From contig JAZQAZ010000009.1 in the NCBI GenBank assembly GCA_045545475.1, forward strand, positions 1 to 63,519: a stretch of DNA of 63,519 bases, written 5' to 3'. Of the stretch, positions 47,210 through 58,018 are shown one piece after another. Positions within the stretch are counted from its first letter, which is position 1; each line of letters begins with the position of its first letter. The stretch is from Clostridia bacterium. GTDB lineage: Bacteria; Bacillota; Clostridia; CAKSNL01; HGM11501. The position numbers were made by a program, and so were the translations under genes. The notes below the pieces were generated by a model. That model was given only the letters and a program-made list of their open reading frames with translations. It searched no databases and was not told where the DNA came from.

Positions 47210-49585
47210 TTAAATCACCCTTTCAAGAATTACGGGACCTACAAGGCCACCGTTTTGCGCTTTTGCCTCAGCCTTTTTCATATTGGCGTGGTATGGGCCT
47301 ACATCTGCAAGGGCCTTAATTTCGAAGTATTTAGCTTTCCTTGTGACATTTGCGGCGGTGTTGGCAACAACAATTTTTAACTTTTCTCCGCCTTTTAAGC
47401 ATCCGATACCCTTTTCATAGGGCGGCATAACCGCTTCCGCTCTCTTTTCGCCGTTTACATAAATTTTTGCAACGCACCGTACATCGCCGAGTGAAAGGGC
47501 ATATTCGCCTTCCTTAAGTGAGGGAAGTGTTATTTCATAGGTTACTTCGCCTGAAAAATCGCTGTCCCATTCGTAAAGCCCTTTCTTGATTTCGCCCGAA
47601 GAAAAATATTCGTTGTAAGGGCCATTATTATCGTCGATATTGTAGCGTCTTGATACAAAGGATGAAAAATCTGTAAGTGTTGCCGCATCTTCATATACGG
47701 GGTACTTTTTAAGGGCGGGAGCATCACTTGTAAGATAAAGCATAATTGCCTCGCCCTTTAAAAGAGTAGGGGAGATTGTGATATAATCTCTATCTTTTTC
47801 AAAAGCGATTTCATAAAGCTCACCCGTATTAAGGTCAATTACGGAAGGGTTTTTACCTGTCTTTATTTTTATTTTTTCGTTAACTGTGTCACCTGCTGTG
47901 TTGACAATGAAATATGCCTCGTTGCCGTCGTCAAAGAAAAGATGGCGGACATTGGTTTTTGCATTTTCTCTCATTGCAACGGGAGCAAATTCGGATTTCA
48001 CAGAAGAAAGCTTTTTTATTACTTCTTCAGGCTCAAACTCACCTTCGGGAACGAAAACATTTTCATATGTTACATATTCGCCAACCAAAGCACCGTCTGA
48101 AACCTTCGCAGTTTCAACAAATTCTTCGTCTATAAGGTCAAAGGTAATGCCCTTTGCCATAAGCATATGCCCTAAATCCTCAAAGGATTTTTTTGCTTCG
48201 GCACATACCGTTCCGCCTGCGGCAGCGGAACGCTGGGGATAGTAAAGGGCGGTTTTTACATCTGCCTTTGAATTTTGCAGAATGTAAGAAAGGCGGGCGG
48301 TATAGCCGTTTATTTCTGAAAGACAGTCCATGGAAGGGTTTTCCCCGATAAAGTTAGGTCTGTACTGAAGGCTCATGGGATTTTTTCTGTCGTAGGATAT
48401 TACCATAAAGTTGAAAAGAGAAATTCCGAATGCTGCCTGGTAATTTACGATATATCGCATTTCATCGTTGGTGATATGAGCACCGTAAACCGCATAGCTT
48501 TCGCTTAAGCAGGCTGAGTGCCCCTGCTGTCTTGCGGCACTTGATGCTAAAGCAGGGAAAAATTCGTGGCCTTCAAAGCAGCTTTTGCCTTCGATGTTGG
48601 GATAAGTAATCTGACTCCATATTACATCCACACCTGGAATGTCATAGGTACGAAGGATTTTAAGGGCATTGCCCATTTTCACTGCCGGAAGCTCGGTTCT
48701 GTTGTCACCGCCAAGGTGACCTGCAGATTTCATATTGTTATCATTAAGCCACTTTTTCATTGGATAAAAGTAGTTTTCATACAAAAGCTTTCCGCAAAGC
48801 ATCATATAGTCGCTTCGTGCCTTCATAGCCTCTTTGCTTTCCGGACTTACTCCATAGGCAAGAGAGGTTAAAATATAAGGTTTTATGTCATAACCGTATT
48901 CCTCTGAAAATATTTTGTCAAAATCCTTTGTCCAGTCGCCCATATCGGCTTCATCATCAAACATAATATCGACGTCACAGCCAAAGGCATCGCCGAAACG
49001 TGCTTTAAGCTTTTCGTGGGAGAGCTTTAAGAAAAGCTCCACATTTTCGTGCCTTGCGTTGTCGCTTCGCATACTTGTATAAGGGTTGTCGGAAGCTACA
49101 ACAAAGCACTCTGTAATTTCCTTATCCTCGGAAAAAGTGCTTCCTTCTATAACACATTCTGCACCGATAAATCCCGAAAGAGCACCCTCGCTTTTTTTAT
49201 AAGGAACTCCGGAAGGCAGAATCAGGCTTTTTTTGGCTATATCAAGTCTTGCAAGGTCCGGGCACATTTCTCTTATTTTTCCGCATACCATACCGGAGGG
49301 GAACCCGCCTTCGTTATAAAGCCAGGTATGCATCCCTTTTTCCTTTGCGTAGCTGTAGGCAAAATATACTCTTTCGATATATTCGTCTGACATATATTCG
49401 GGGGATAAAAATGTTCGTCTTACCGTAGGACGGAAGTTAGCAGGCTCGCCGAGCACATAAAATGCACGGATTCCCGCATCATACATTTCGTCAATCTGTC
49501 TTTTTGTTTCTGCGTCTGTTATATTGGTGTTCCATAGCCAGGTGTAGGCAGGATGACATTCTTTGGGAATATTTTTAAAATCCAT
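47210..49585 (-). CDS. Putative glycoside hydrolase, GH106-like, copy B
   Basis: Colinear paralog of 44831-47209 with the same motifs; AAGGAGG RBS. Confidence 0.65.
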   Translation of the reverse strand: MDFKNIPKECHPAYTWLWNTNITDAETKRQIDEMYDAGIRAFYVLGEPANFRPTVRRTFLSPEYMSDEYIERVYFAYSYAKEKGMHTWLYNEGGFPSGMVCGKIREMCPDLARLDIAKKSLILPSGVPYKKSEGALSGFIGAECVIEGSTFSEDKEITECFVVASDNPYTSMRSDNARHENVELFLKLSHEKLKARFGDAFGCDVDIMFDDEADMGDWTKDFDKIFSEEYGYDIKPYILTSLAYGVSPESKEAMKARSDYMMLCGKLLYENYFYPMKKWLNDNNMKSAGHLGGDNRTELPAVKMGNALKILRTYDIPGVDVIWSQITYPNIEGKSCFEGHEFFPALASSAARQQGHSACLSESYAVYGAHITNDEMRYIVNYQAAFGISLFNFMVISYDRKNPMSLQYRPNFIGENPSMDCLSEINGYTARLSYILQNSKADVKTALYYPQRSAAAGGTVCAEAKKSFEDLGHMLMAKGITFDLIDEEFVETAKVSDGALVGEYVTYENVFVPEGEFEPEEVIKKLSSVKSEFAPVAMRENAKTNVRHLFFDDGNEAYFIVNTAGDTVNEKIKIKTGKNPSVIDLNTGELYEIAFEKDRDYITISPTLLKGEAIMLYLTSDAPALKKYPVYEDAATLTDFSSFVSRRYNIDDNNGPYNEYFSSGEIKKGLYEWDSDFSGEVTYEITLPSLKEGEYALSLGDVRCVAKIYVNGEKRAEAVMPPYEKGIGCLKGGEKLKIVVANTAANVTRKAKYFEIKALADVGPYHANMKKAEAKAQNGGLVGPVILERVI

Positions 49586-49771
49586 AAAAATCCTCCTTAG
49601 TCCAAATAAGCGGAGGCAGAGCCTCCGCTTAAAGTTCCCCTATTAATTTCTTTAAGTGTATAATACTCTCTGTCCGGCAGAATGTAAATGTCAAAAATAC
49701 ACATCAAATTGTGTTTTTTGCACTTTTGCCTTTTTGGAAAGATACTATGGTTTCCTTAAAATCGCAACAAA

Positions 49772-51046
49772 TTATTCTGCCTTGTCCCAGGGAAGTACTT
49801 CCCAGTCAGCGGGAGAATCGCCAAGGTCAACAACTTCCATGGGCTGACCGCCTGCGAGGGCTGATTCGTGTGCTATAAGACCGGGGATGTTCCAACGTGC
49901 AACCTCCCAGATGTTTGTGGGAGAAAGCTTTCCTGTCCAGTAAGCACGGCAGAAGTCATCGATTAAGAAGTGATGAGTTCCGTTGTGTCCGTTTCTGAGG
50001 CCTTCGAATTCCTTGGGAAGACGCTCTGTGGGCTGAATGGGGGATGTGTTGTAGAATCCCCAGCACTGAGCAATTTTAGCAACAGCTTCTTCGTAGTTTT
50101 CGTTGATTGCATTGTAAAGCTCTTCAGGCTGGATTTCCTTTGTTACATCGTGGGCGATAACTGCATTGGGATTTTCTTCGCCGCCCTGCCAGTGAGTAAA
50201 GGTAGCTCTTGCAAAGGAGAAGTCATAGCAGCCTTCGCTTCCGTAGAACTGGGAAATGAAGGTTTCGGGACCGTGCCATGCTACGCATCTGTTTTCGTTT
50301 ACTCTTATGATACCGCCGTTTGAAAGCTCAATAAGCATACTTTCGTTGGAGAAAGGATTGTTATAAAGGTTCTGACCGTCGGTTCCGTAAATATCGGTTC
50401 TTTCGCTGTTTGCAAAGCCCATAGCCGTAACCTTCTTTGCATAAACTCCGGGCATAGAGCTTAAGAGCATGGATGTTGTGTGAGTGGGATAGAAGAAGGG
50501 AGGAATACCTGCAAACTTCTTCCAGTCTTCACCGCCGGAGCTTCTAAAGCTTCCTTCCATGTTTCTGATATCGTGGTTGTACTGTGATTCACCGTATGCA
50601 AAACGGCCGAAGGAGCCCTTTGCATATTCTCTTCTGCAGAAGCAGGAGGCTGCTCTGTAAAAGCCTGTTTCACCCATAGAATATGTGAGGTGAGTTTCTT
50701 CTACAAGGCGCTTGATTTCAGCAATTTCTTCAACCTTAAGTGAGCAGGGAACAGAAGAGTAAACATGCTTTCCTGCCTTAAGTGCTTCAATTGCCATGGG
50801 GCCGTGCTTGAAGCGCTGTGTGAAAATTGCAATTGCATTTACTTCCTTGGAAGCAAGTGCTTCTTCAAAGCTGTCGATAATTTCTACGTCAAAGTGCTGG
50901 CTGTATTTTTCCGCACGTGCACGGATAAGGTCACATACATAAACCTTTTTTACATAGGGATGAGCCTTGAAAAGTTCCACGAAATACTGTGCGAAACGGC
51001 CGCATCCGATAATGGCTACTGTGATTTTTTCTTTGTTTATTGACAT
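49772..51046 (-). CDS. Gfo/Idh/MocA oxidoreductase (atypical, SVP in place of EKP)
   Basis: IIGCGRF, AGKHVYSSVP, YPTH. Confidence 0.82.
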   Translation of the reverse strand: MSINKEKITVAIIGCGRFAQYFVELFKAHPYVKKVYVCDLIRARAEKYSQHFDVEIIDSFEEALASKEVNAIAIFTQRFKHGPMAIEALKAGKHVYSSVPCSLKVEEIAEIKRLVEETHLTYSMGETGFYRAASCFCRREYAKGSFGRFAYGESQYNHDIRNMEGSFRSSGGEDWKKFAGIPPFFYPTHTTSMLLSSMPGVYAKKVTAMGFANSERTDIYGTDGQNLYNNPFSNESMLIELSNGGIIRVNENRCVAWHGPETFISQFYGSEGCYDFSFARATFTHWQGGEENPNAVIAHDVTKEIQPEELYNAINENYEEAVAKIAQCWGFYNTSPIQPTERLPKEFEGLRNGHNGTHHFLIDDFCRAYWTGKLSPTNIWEVARWNIPGLIAHESALAGGQPMEVVDLGDSPADWEVLPWDKAE

Positions 51047-51140
51047 TTTTATCAACTCCTTGTCTTGACTATATCATATCCGGCTGTTATAATGTATTAA
51101 AAAACCAATAAAAAATATGAAAAAACAAAGAGGTGTTGTT

Positions 51141-51986
51141 ATGAAAACGGCAGAGCTCAATCCTTTTATAAGGTATGCATCGCTCCATAGTACGGAAGTG
51201 CACAGAAGCAAATATATATCTGTATGCTATGACTGCCGGGTGTTTTTTTCCGTAAAGGCGACGGGGGTGCTTATCATAGGCGATAAAAAATATGATATTT
51301 CCAATAACACCGCAGTTTTTCTTCCTCCCGGAACGCATTACCGCTTTTTCTTTAACAAGGAAAATTCAGGAAAGGTGATATTCATAAATTGCGATTTGGT
51401 AAGTGATTTTTCTCATATGGAAAAGTCACTTGGCACAGCAGTGGAGGAATTTTTTGACGAGGCAAAGGTTACAAAATATCCGCTTTTGCCTGAGCTTTCT
51501 GAGCCTATTGCGAAAAATGTTCCTGACATTTATCATATGCTTTCAAGGATTACGGAAAACTTTATGGGAAAGAGTGTGTTTTACAGGGAAGAATCTTCCG
51601 CACTTTTAAAGCTATGTTTAATTGAGCTTATAAAAAAGACAAAGGAAAGCAAGCATTCAAAGCTTTGTGAATCGGTTATGGAATTTATAAGAGAAAATTA
51701 TGCCGATTCTTCCGTGACAAACGCCGTGATTGCGGAAAAATTTTCTTATCATCCTTATCACTTGAGCCGTATTATGAAGGAAGAAACCGGAAAAAGCATA
51801 CATAAATATCTTATGGACTACCGCCTTCGCGCGGCAAAAAACCTTCTTTCGACCACAGCCTTTTCCGTTGAAGAAATAGCTTATAAGACGGGCTTTTCTC
51901 AAACGGCATATTTTGTTAAGAGCTTTCGTGAAAAGGTCGGAATGACGCCAAATAAATACAGACTTTCAAAGCGAATTGATTTCTGA
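51141..51986 (+). CDS. AraC family regulator
   Basis: YHPYHLSRIMKEETG; TGFSQTAYFVKSFREKVGMTP. Confidence 0.9.
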   Translation: MKTAELNPFIRYASLHSTEVHRSKYISVCYDCRVFFSVKATGVLIIGDKKYDISNNTAVFLPPGTHYRFFFNKENSGKVIFINCDLVSDFSHMEKSLGTAVEEFFDEAKVTKYPLLPELSEPIAKNVPDIYHMLSRITENFMGKSVFYREESSALLKLCLIELIKKTKESKHSKLCESVMEFIRENYADSSVTNAVIAEKFSYHPYHLSRIMKEETGKSIHKYLMDYRLRAAKNLLSTTAFSVEEIAYKTGFSQTAYFVKSFREKVGMTPNKYRLSKRIDF

Positions 51987-52092
51987 TTTCAGAAAGTTTT
52001 CAGTTATGTTAAAAAAGCGGCAGGATGTTGCTTTTTATAATAAAATATGATAAGATAAATTTGGGAATAAAGTTAGAAAGGACGATTTTACT

Positions 52093-52761
52093 ATGGATTT
52101 AACAGGACTTAAAATAAACTTTTTGGGAGACAGCATAACAGCAGGAACAGGTGCAAGTGCAAGAGACAAGGTCTACCATGCTGTATTAAAGAGAGAAGCA
52201 GGGCTTCTTGAAGCAAGAGGCTACGGAATTGGCGGAACAAGATTTGCCATTCAGAAGGGGACTGAAAAACGCCCCAAGGATAACGGAGTGGATGTTAATT
52301 CCTTCTCTGAAAGATTTGATAAAATGGATGACGATGCGGACATTGTTGTAGTATTTGGAGGAACAAACGATTACGGCCACGGTGATGCTCCCTTCGGAAA
52401 GTTTTCCGACCGCACACCCGATACATTCTACGGTGCCTGCCACTATCTTTTCTCCGGCCTTATTAAAAAATATTTAGGTAAGCAGATTATTATAATCACA
52501 CCTCTTCACAGAACAGGGGAGCTTTATGTTCCCGACTGTAAGGTGGAAGGAGACTATCGTCCCCTTAAGGACTATGTTGATGCAATAAGAGAGGTTGCCG
52601 AATATTATTCGCTCCCCATTCTTGACCTTTTTGCAACAAGCGGACTTCAGCCTGAAATTGAAGAAATAAAGCAAAACTTTATGCCCGACGGTCTTCACCC
52701 CAATGATCGAGGCTATGAGCTTATTGCATACAAGCTTAAAAGATTTATCGAAAACTTATGA
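52093..52761 (+). CDS. SGNH/GDSL hydrolase
   Basis: GDSIT, FGGTND, DGLHP. Confidence 0.92.
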   Translation: MDLTGLKINFLGDSITAGTGASARDKVYHAVLKREAGLLEARGYGIGGTRFAIQKGTEKRPKDNGVDVNSFSERFDKMDDDADIVVVFGGTNDYGHGDAPFGKFSDRTPDTFYGACHYLFSGLIKKYLGKQIIIITPLHRTGELYVPDCKVEGDYRPLKDYVDAIREVAEYYSLPILDLFATSGLQPEIEEIKQNFMPDGLHPNDRGYELIAYKLKRFIENL

Positions 52762-52768
52762 GGAAAAT

Positions 52769-52906
52769 ATGATTGACAAAATTAAAGGCACAATATTTGA
52801 TATGGATGGCACACTGATTGATTCCTTTATGATATGGGATGTATTATGGGAAAAATTCGGTGAAAGATACAAAAACGGCGATAGCCTTGTTAAACTTATA
52901 AATTAA
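52769..52906 (+). pseudogene. Truncated HAD-family phosphatase fragment
   Basis: IFDMDGTLIDS (HAD motif I), then a stop after 45 aa. Confidence 0.75.
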
Positions 52907-52919
52907 AAGGAGGATTTTT

Positions 52920-53840
52920 ATGAAAAAGATATTGGCATTGTTATTGGTTTTGGTTTTGATATTATCTCTTACAGCATGCATAAAAACCGAGGAAGGCGTA
53001 AAAGAAGTGCTTCTTTATGAAAATCCCGGCGATGAAACAGAAGTTACCGTTAATTACGATCTTAATGAAGACGGAGAAGATGAAGAAATAAATGTATATC
53101 TCACCGAAGATTATTATCTTGCTGTAGAATCTGGAGATGCTGAAATTAAACTCGGTTATGGTGAGGCGTATTATATTGATAAGGTATATGCAATAGATGT
53201 CGATACAGAGGAAAAAGGTAAAGAACTTGTGGTAATATCCGAGGAGATAAGCAGCGATATGATGCTTAGGGTATTAAAGTCCGAAGGTGAGGCCTTCCGT
53301 CTTTATGAGTTTGAGTCAATTGATTCCTATTCGGGAGAGCCTTATACATGGGATACCTTGTCAGTAGGCTATGAACCTGAGGTTTCCTTTGTAAACGGAA
53401 TATTAAAAACATCCGAAAGGGGACACACCGGAATGTGGTGTGTTGAGGCAGAGTATGTTTTTGACGGAAATAAATTTACAGAAGTGGAAATGGATGAGAG
53501 AAGAGTTGTCCGTTCTTCCTTTGAAGGCATTTTCTCTATAACAGAGGACTATGGGGCAGAGCTCATAGAAAACGGTTATGTTAAAGACGAAGCCGAGCTT
53601 GAAAATCTTAAAGAAGGATATGCAACGGCCTTTGCTGATTTTGAAAACTACGGAGAGGTTCCTGAACATGAAAATGTGATTTCTCTTGATGCAGGTGATG
53701 TTTTTAAGGTAACAAAGGAAGATTCGGAAGGGTTTATATGCATTGAGAAAAAGTCTGGAGAGACCGGATGGATTTACATGGGAAGCTATTCGGATAACCG
53801 TTACGATGTATCGGAAATTACTTTCTTCCTTGCAGATTAA
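52920..53840 (+). CDS. Acidic hypothetical lipoprotein
   Basis: MKK signal with LTAC lipobox; DLNEDGEDE Ca-binding-like loop; AAGGAGG RBS. Confidence 0.75.
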   Translation: MKKILALLLVLVLILSLTACIKTEEGVKEVLLYENPGDETEVTVNYDLNEDGEDEEINVYLTEDYYLAVESGDAEIKLGYGEAYYIDKVYAIDVDTEEKGKELVVISEEISSDMMLRVLKSEGEAFRLYEFESIDSYSGEPYTWDTLSVGYEPEVSFVNGILKTSERGHTGMWCVEAEYVFDGNKFTEVEMDERRVVRSSFEGIFSITEDYGAELIENGYVKDEAELENLKEGYATAFADFENYGEVPEHENVISLDAGDVFKVTKEDSEGFICIEKKSGETGWIYMGSYSDNRYDVSEITFFLAD

Positions 53841-53851
53841 AGAGGTTTATT

Positions 53852-54625
53852 ATGACAAAAGTAAAAGATATAATTTCAGAAATTGAAAAAGTTGCCCCCG
53901 CATTTCTTGCCGAGGACTTTGACAATGTGGGACTTTTACTGGGAGACGATGAAGCAGAAGTTAAAAGGGTTCTTTTGTGCCTGGATGCCGACGAAAATAC
54001 GGCAAATGAAGCAGCGGTAAAAGGTGCGGATATTATAATCTCCCACCATCCACTTATTTTCCATCCGCTTAAGGACCTGAATTTTTCCAAAAGTGCCGGA
54101 AGGTGTATGAAAACGCTGATAAAGTCTGATATCGCAGTTTATTCAGCCCATACCAATATGGATATTGCAGAGGACGGACTTAATGATCTTGTGGCAAAAA
54201 AGCTTTCACTTAAAGTTGTGTCGGACCTTGCATACGGAGAAAAGATGCGAACCTGCGGAAGAATATGCGAAGCTGATGAAAGCTTTGGAGAGCTTATAAA
54301 AAGAGTCAAGGAGAGCTATAATCTTCCTTATGTCCGTTATGCAGGCGACGAAAACAGAAATGTGAAAACCGTTGCCATCTGCTCGGGAAGCGGAAGAGGA
54401 CTTACCGATGATGTGATTAAAAGAGGAGCAGATGTTTACATAACGGGAGATCTTACATATTCAGATATACGAAATCTTTCGGAAAACGGCGTTGCCTATA
54501 TTGAGATAAGCCATTTTGATTCTGAAATTTCTGTAACGGAAATATTTAAAGAGATAATAGAGAGGGCTTTTTCTGAAGTTGATATTTTAATATCAGAAGA
54601 AAAGAATATAATAAAAACAGTGTGA
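53852..54625 (+). CDS. Nif3-like dinuclear metal protein (GTP cyclohydrolase I type 2 homolog)
   Basis: DNVGLL, SHHPLIF, AHTNMD, CSGSG, ITGD, HFDSE. Confidence 0.92.
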   Translation: MTKVKDIISEIEKVAPAFLAEDFDNVGLLLGDDEAEVKRVLLCLDADENTANEAAVKGADIIISHHPLIFHPLKDLNFSKSAGRCMKTLIKSDIAVYSAHTNMDIAEDGLNDLVAKKLSLKVVSDLAYGEKMRTCGRICEADESFGELIKRVKESYNLPYVRYAGDENRNVKTVAICSGSGRGLTDDVIKRGADVYITGDLTYSDIRNLSENGVAYIEISHFDSEISVTEIFKEIIERAFSEVDILISEEKNIIKTV

Positions 54626-54644
54626 GCATTGCTCACACTGTTTT

Positions 54645-55406
54645 TTAACGTATATATTCTTCCGGATTAATTCTTTTTCCGTTTTTTCTTAGTTCAAAAT
54701 GAAGGTGTGTTTCATCTGCCGACTCTATTAAAGTGCTTTCACCAACATAGCCGATAACATGTCCTTTCGGAACAGCTTGCCCTTCTGTTACAGTGATTTC
54801 GCCATGAAGATTGGCGTAGAATGATTCAAAGCCGCTTTCGTGGCTTATCAGAATGTAAAAACCGTGAAGCGGATCTTTCCCAACGGCTTTTACAGTACCT
54901 TTTTCGCAAGAAGCAACCTCGTCGCCGAAAGAGGCGGATATGTCAATTCCTTCGTGGCTTCTCCAGTCGCCCATTGTAGCAGACAAAACCGGCGTTACGG
55001 AATATGGCTTTAAGGTGTCACCACTTAGCGGAAACGATGGAGAAAAGGGGGAAACTGAAGCGGCAGAAAGAGTGTCATTTTTTTCGAAATCTTCTTCTGT
55101 TACCAAAGGTTCTCTTTCGTAATCAGAGTCAGGAAAAGCTTCCGGAAGTACGGTAATATCTTCTTTTGTCACACGTTCATCCGGCATTACTTCGATGCTT
55201 TCTTTTTTTAAGGAGATGTCCAGAGATTCATCATTTCCTTTTGTGATGAATGCACGGGTTTCTTTTGTGTCAATATCAACAGTACTTTTGTCTTCATCGG
55301 AAAGTCCTTTTGGGCCGACAAAACCGGCTGCAACTGTGAAAACAAAAAAGAGAGTAAATGCCAATGGAGTTTTATATTTTTTAATAAAAGCTTTGATTCT
55401 GCTCAA
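54645..55406 (-). CDS. Membrane-anchored M23 (LytM) peptidase, possibly SpoIIQ-like
   Basis: N-terminal TM, acidic linker, HEGID and HLHFE motifs. Confidence 0.85.
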   Translation of the reverse strand: MSRIKAFIKKYKTPLAFTLFFVFTVAAGFVGPKGLSDEDKSTVDIDTKETRAFITKGNDESLDISLKKESIEVMPDERVTKEDITVLPEAFPDSDYEREPLVTEEDFEKNDTLSAASVSPFSPSFPLSGDTLKPYSVTPVLSATMGDWRSHEGIDISASFGDEVASCEKGTVKAVGKDPLHGFYILISHESGFESFYANLHGEITVTEGQAVPKGHVIGYVGESTLIESADETHLHFELRKNGKRINPEEYIR

Positions 55407-55621
55407 AAAAGCTCATCCTTTCATGCAAATACAGATTTTCTATTGTAGTATTCGCAAAAACTTTACATCTTATTCTGTTATTTTCAAGTTTTGCTTGAAA
55501 TATTTTATTTTGTGTTGTATAATAATAGGTATGCTAAAATGCCATTGGTATATCAATACGGGGCTTTTAAGAAAAAAGAGACGAATTTTTATTGATATAC
55601 ATGCATAAGGAGTGAGACAGT

Positions 55622-58012
55622 ATGGCAAATACAAGAAAGAATTACACATTGCCGCTTATTCCGGTAAGAGGTCTTGTTGTGTTTCCTTTTATGGTTCTTC
55701 ATTTTGATGTAGCGAGAGAAAAGTCAATAGCGGCACTTGAGGCTGCTATGAAGCACGATCAGCTTGTTATGCTTTCAGCACAGAAAAACATTGCAATAGA
55801 AGAACCCGGACTTGAGGATATATACGAAATCGGATGTATCGCAAAGGTTAAGCAGATGCTTAAAGTGCCGGGCGGAACGATAAGAGTACTGGTTGAAGGC
55901 GTGAAGAGAGCGAAAATTACAAAAATCGATTTTGAATCCGAAGAATTCCTTCTTTCCACGGTGAGAGCCGTTGAATCTGAAGAAGCTCTTTTCGAAGTAA
56001 ACGACTATGATGCCACAGTAAGAAGAATTCATGAGCTTTTGAAAAAGGTATCACAGCTCAGCGGACAGATAAATATTGATGTTATAAATAACATTTCCTT
56101 GAAGGACGATCCCGGACAGATGGTGGACTCTATCGCTACCAACGTTTTCGTGAAGGTTGAAGATAAGCAGGCTGTTTTGGAAGAACTTTCTGTTGCGGCA
56201 AGAGTGGTGCTTGTCATAAATATCCTTTCCCGTGAGGCAGAGGTTTATGAAATTGAGCAGAAAATCGCCATGAAGACCAAAAAACAGATTGATAAAAATC
56301 AGAAAGATTATCTCCTTCGTGAGCAGATGAAGGTTATAAAAACCGAGCTTGGCGAGGACGGAGAAGAAGAGGATGAATATTATAAATTATTAGATGAATC
56401 CGATCTTCCCGAAGATGCAAAGAAAAAAGTTGAAAAGGAAATAAAGCGTCTTTCCGGAATGCCCTTCGGTACAGCGGAAATAAGCGTTATAAAGCAGTGG
56501 CTCGATACGGTGTTTGAACTTCCCTGGAAAGATGAGCCTTTGTGTGAGCCTTCTTTATCAGAGGCATCGGAGATTCTGGAAAACGATCACTACGGTCTTA
56601 AAAAAGTAAAGGAAAGAATAATAGAATATCTTGCGGTAAGACATCTTTCGGGAAATACCAAAGGACCTATAATCTGTTTATACGGCCCTCCCGGTGTGGG
56701 TAAAACATCAATTGCAAAATCAATTGCAAGGGCAACAGGCAGAGAATATGTAAGAATGAGTCTTGGCGGAGTCAGAGACGAGGCTGAGATAAGAGGACAC
56801 AGAAAAACCTATGTTGGAGCAATGCCCGGAAGAATAATAAATGCGGTTAAACAGGCAAAAAGCAAAAATGCCCTTATTCTGCTTGATGAAATTGATAAGC
56901 TGGGAAGCGACTTTAAGGGCGATCCCGCATCTGCTATGCTTGAAGTACTTGACGGAGCACAGAACTTCGCTTTCCGTGACCATTATTTAGAGCTTCCCTA
57001 CGATTTATCCAAGGTTTTATTCATAACAACTGCAAACAATCTTCAAACAATTCCCCATGCACTTTTAGACAGACTTGAGGTAATTGAAATTACAGGATAT
57101 ACCAATGAAGAGAAGATGCACATTGCAAAGAACTATCTCATTCCGAGGCAGATGGAGGAGAACGGTCTTAAAAAAGGCAATATCCGTATGGGCGACGAGG
57201 TAATTGAAACCATTATAGAAGGCTATACGAAGGAAGCTGGAGTAAGAAATTTAGAGCGTGAAATCGGAACTGTTATGCGAAAGGCCGCAACAAGCATTGT
57301 GACAGATGGGCGCAAGGCGGTTTCTGTAACAAATAATAATCTTAAAAAGTTCCTTGGCGTAAGAAAATTCCAGAAGGATATTTTGGAACATGAAAATCCT
57401 CCCGGTGTTGTAACAGGCCTTGCATGGACAAGCCTTGGCGGAGTTACGCTTACAATCGAAGTCGGCGTAATGGAGGGAACGGGAAAAATTGAGCTTACAG
57501 GTTCCCTTGGCGATGTAATGAAGGAATCTGCCCGTGCTGCAGTAAGCTATATAAGAAGCCGTGCGGAGGAATACGGAATTGATAAGGAGTTTTACAAGAA
57601 GAAGGATATTCACATCCATGTTCCCGAGGGAGCAACTCCGAAAGACGGTCCTTCGGCAGGCATCACCATGGTAACAGCCATCGTAAGTGCCCTTACAGGT
57701 AAAAGTGCCAAAGCTGATGTTGCCATGACGGGCGAAGTAACACTTACGGGACGAGTTCTTGCCATAGGCGGTCTTAAGGAAAAGATGCTTGCAGCATACC
57801 GTGCAGGTGCTAAAACCGTAATAATACCTTATGAAAATAAGAAAGATCTTGAAGAAATTCCGTCTGAAGTCCTTTCAAGTCTCAAGGTAATACCGGTTAA
57901 GCACGTTTCTGAGGTTACGGACAAGGCGATAGGGAATTTTCCGAAAAAAGCCGGAAAGGTTGAAATCATTCCCGAAGAATCAGATAAAAGGACCAGGAAC
58001 ATGGTAAACTGA
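55622..58012 (+). CDS. lon: ATP-dependent protease La
   Basis: [30 protein letters not shown]. Confidence 0.97.
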   Translation: MANTRKNYTLPLIPVRGLVVFPFMVLHFDVAREKSIAALEAAMKHDQLVMLSAQKNIAIEEPGLEDIYEIGCIAKVKQMLKVPGGTIRVLVEGVKRAKITKIDFESEEFLLSTVRAVESEEALFEVNDYDATVRRIHELLKKVSQLSGQINIDVINNISLKDDPGQMVDSIATNVFVKVEDKQAVLEELSVAARVVLVINILSREAEVYEIEQKIAMKTKKQIDKNQKDYLLREQMKVIKTELGEDGEEEDEYYKLLDESDLPEDAKKKVEKEIKRLSGMPFGTAEISVIKQWLDTVFELPWKDEPLCEPSLSEASEILENDHYGLKKVKERIIEYLAVRHLSGNTKGPIICLYGPPGVGKTSIAKSIARATGREYVRMSLGGVRDEAEIRGHRKTYVGAMPGRIINAVKQAKSKNALILLDEIDKLGSDFKGDPASAMLEVLDGAQNFAFRDHYLELPYDLSKVLFITTANNLQTIPHALLDRLEVIEITGYTNEEKMHIAKNYLIPRQMEENGLKKGNIRMGDEVIETIIEGYTKEAGVRNLEREIGTVMRKAATSIVTDGRKAVSVTNNNLKKFLGVRKFQKDILEHENPPGVVTGLAWTSLGGVTLTIEVGVMEGTGKIELTGSLGDVMKESARAAVSYIRSRAEEYGIDKEFYKKKDIHIHVPEGATPKDGPSAGITMVTAIVSALTGKSAKADVAMTGEVTLTGRVLAIGGLKEKMLAAYRAGAKTVIIPYENKKDLEEIPSEVLSSLKVIPVKHVSEVTDKAIGNFPKKAGKVEIIPEESDKRTRNMVN

Positions 58013-58018
58013 GAAAGG

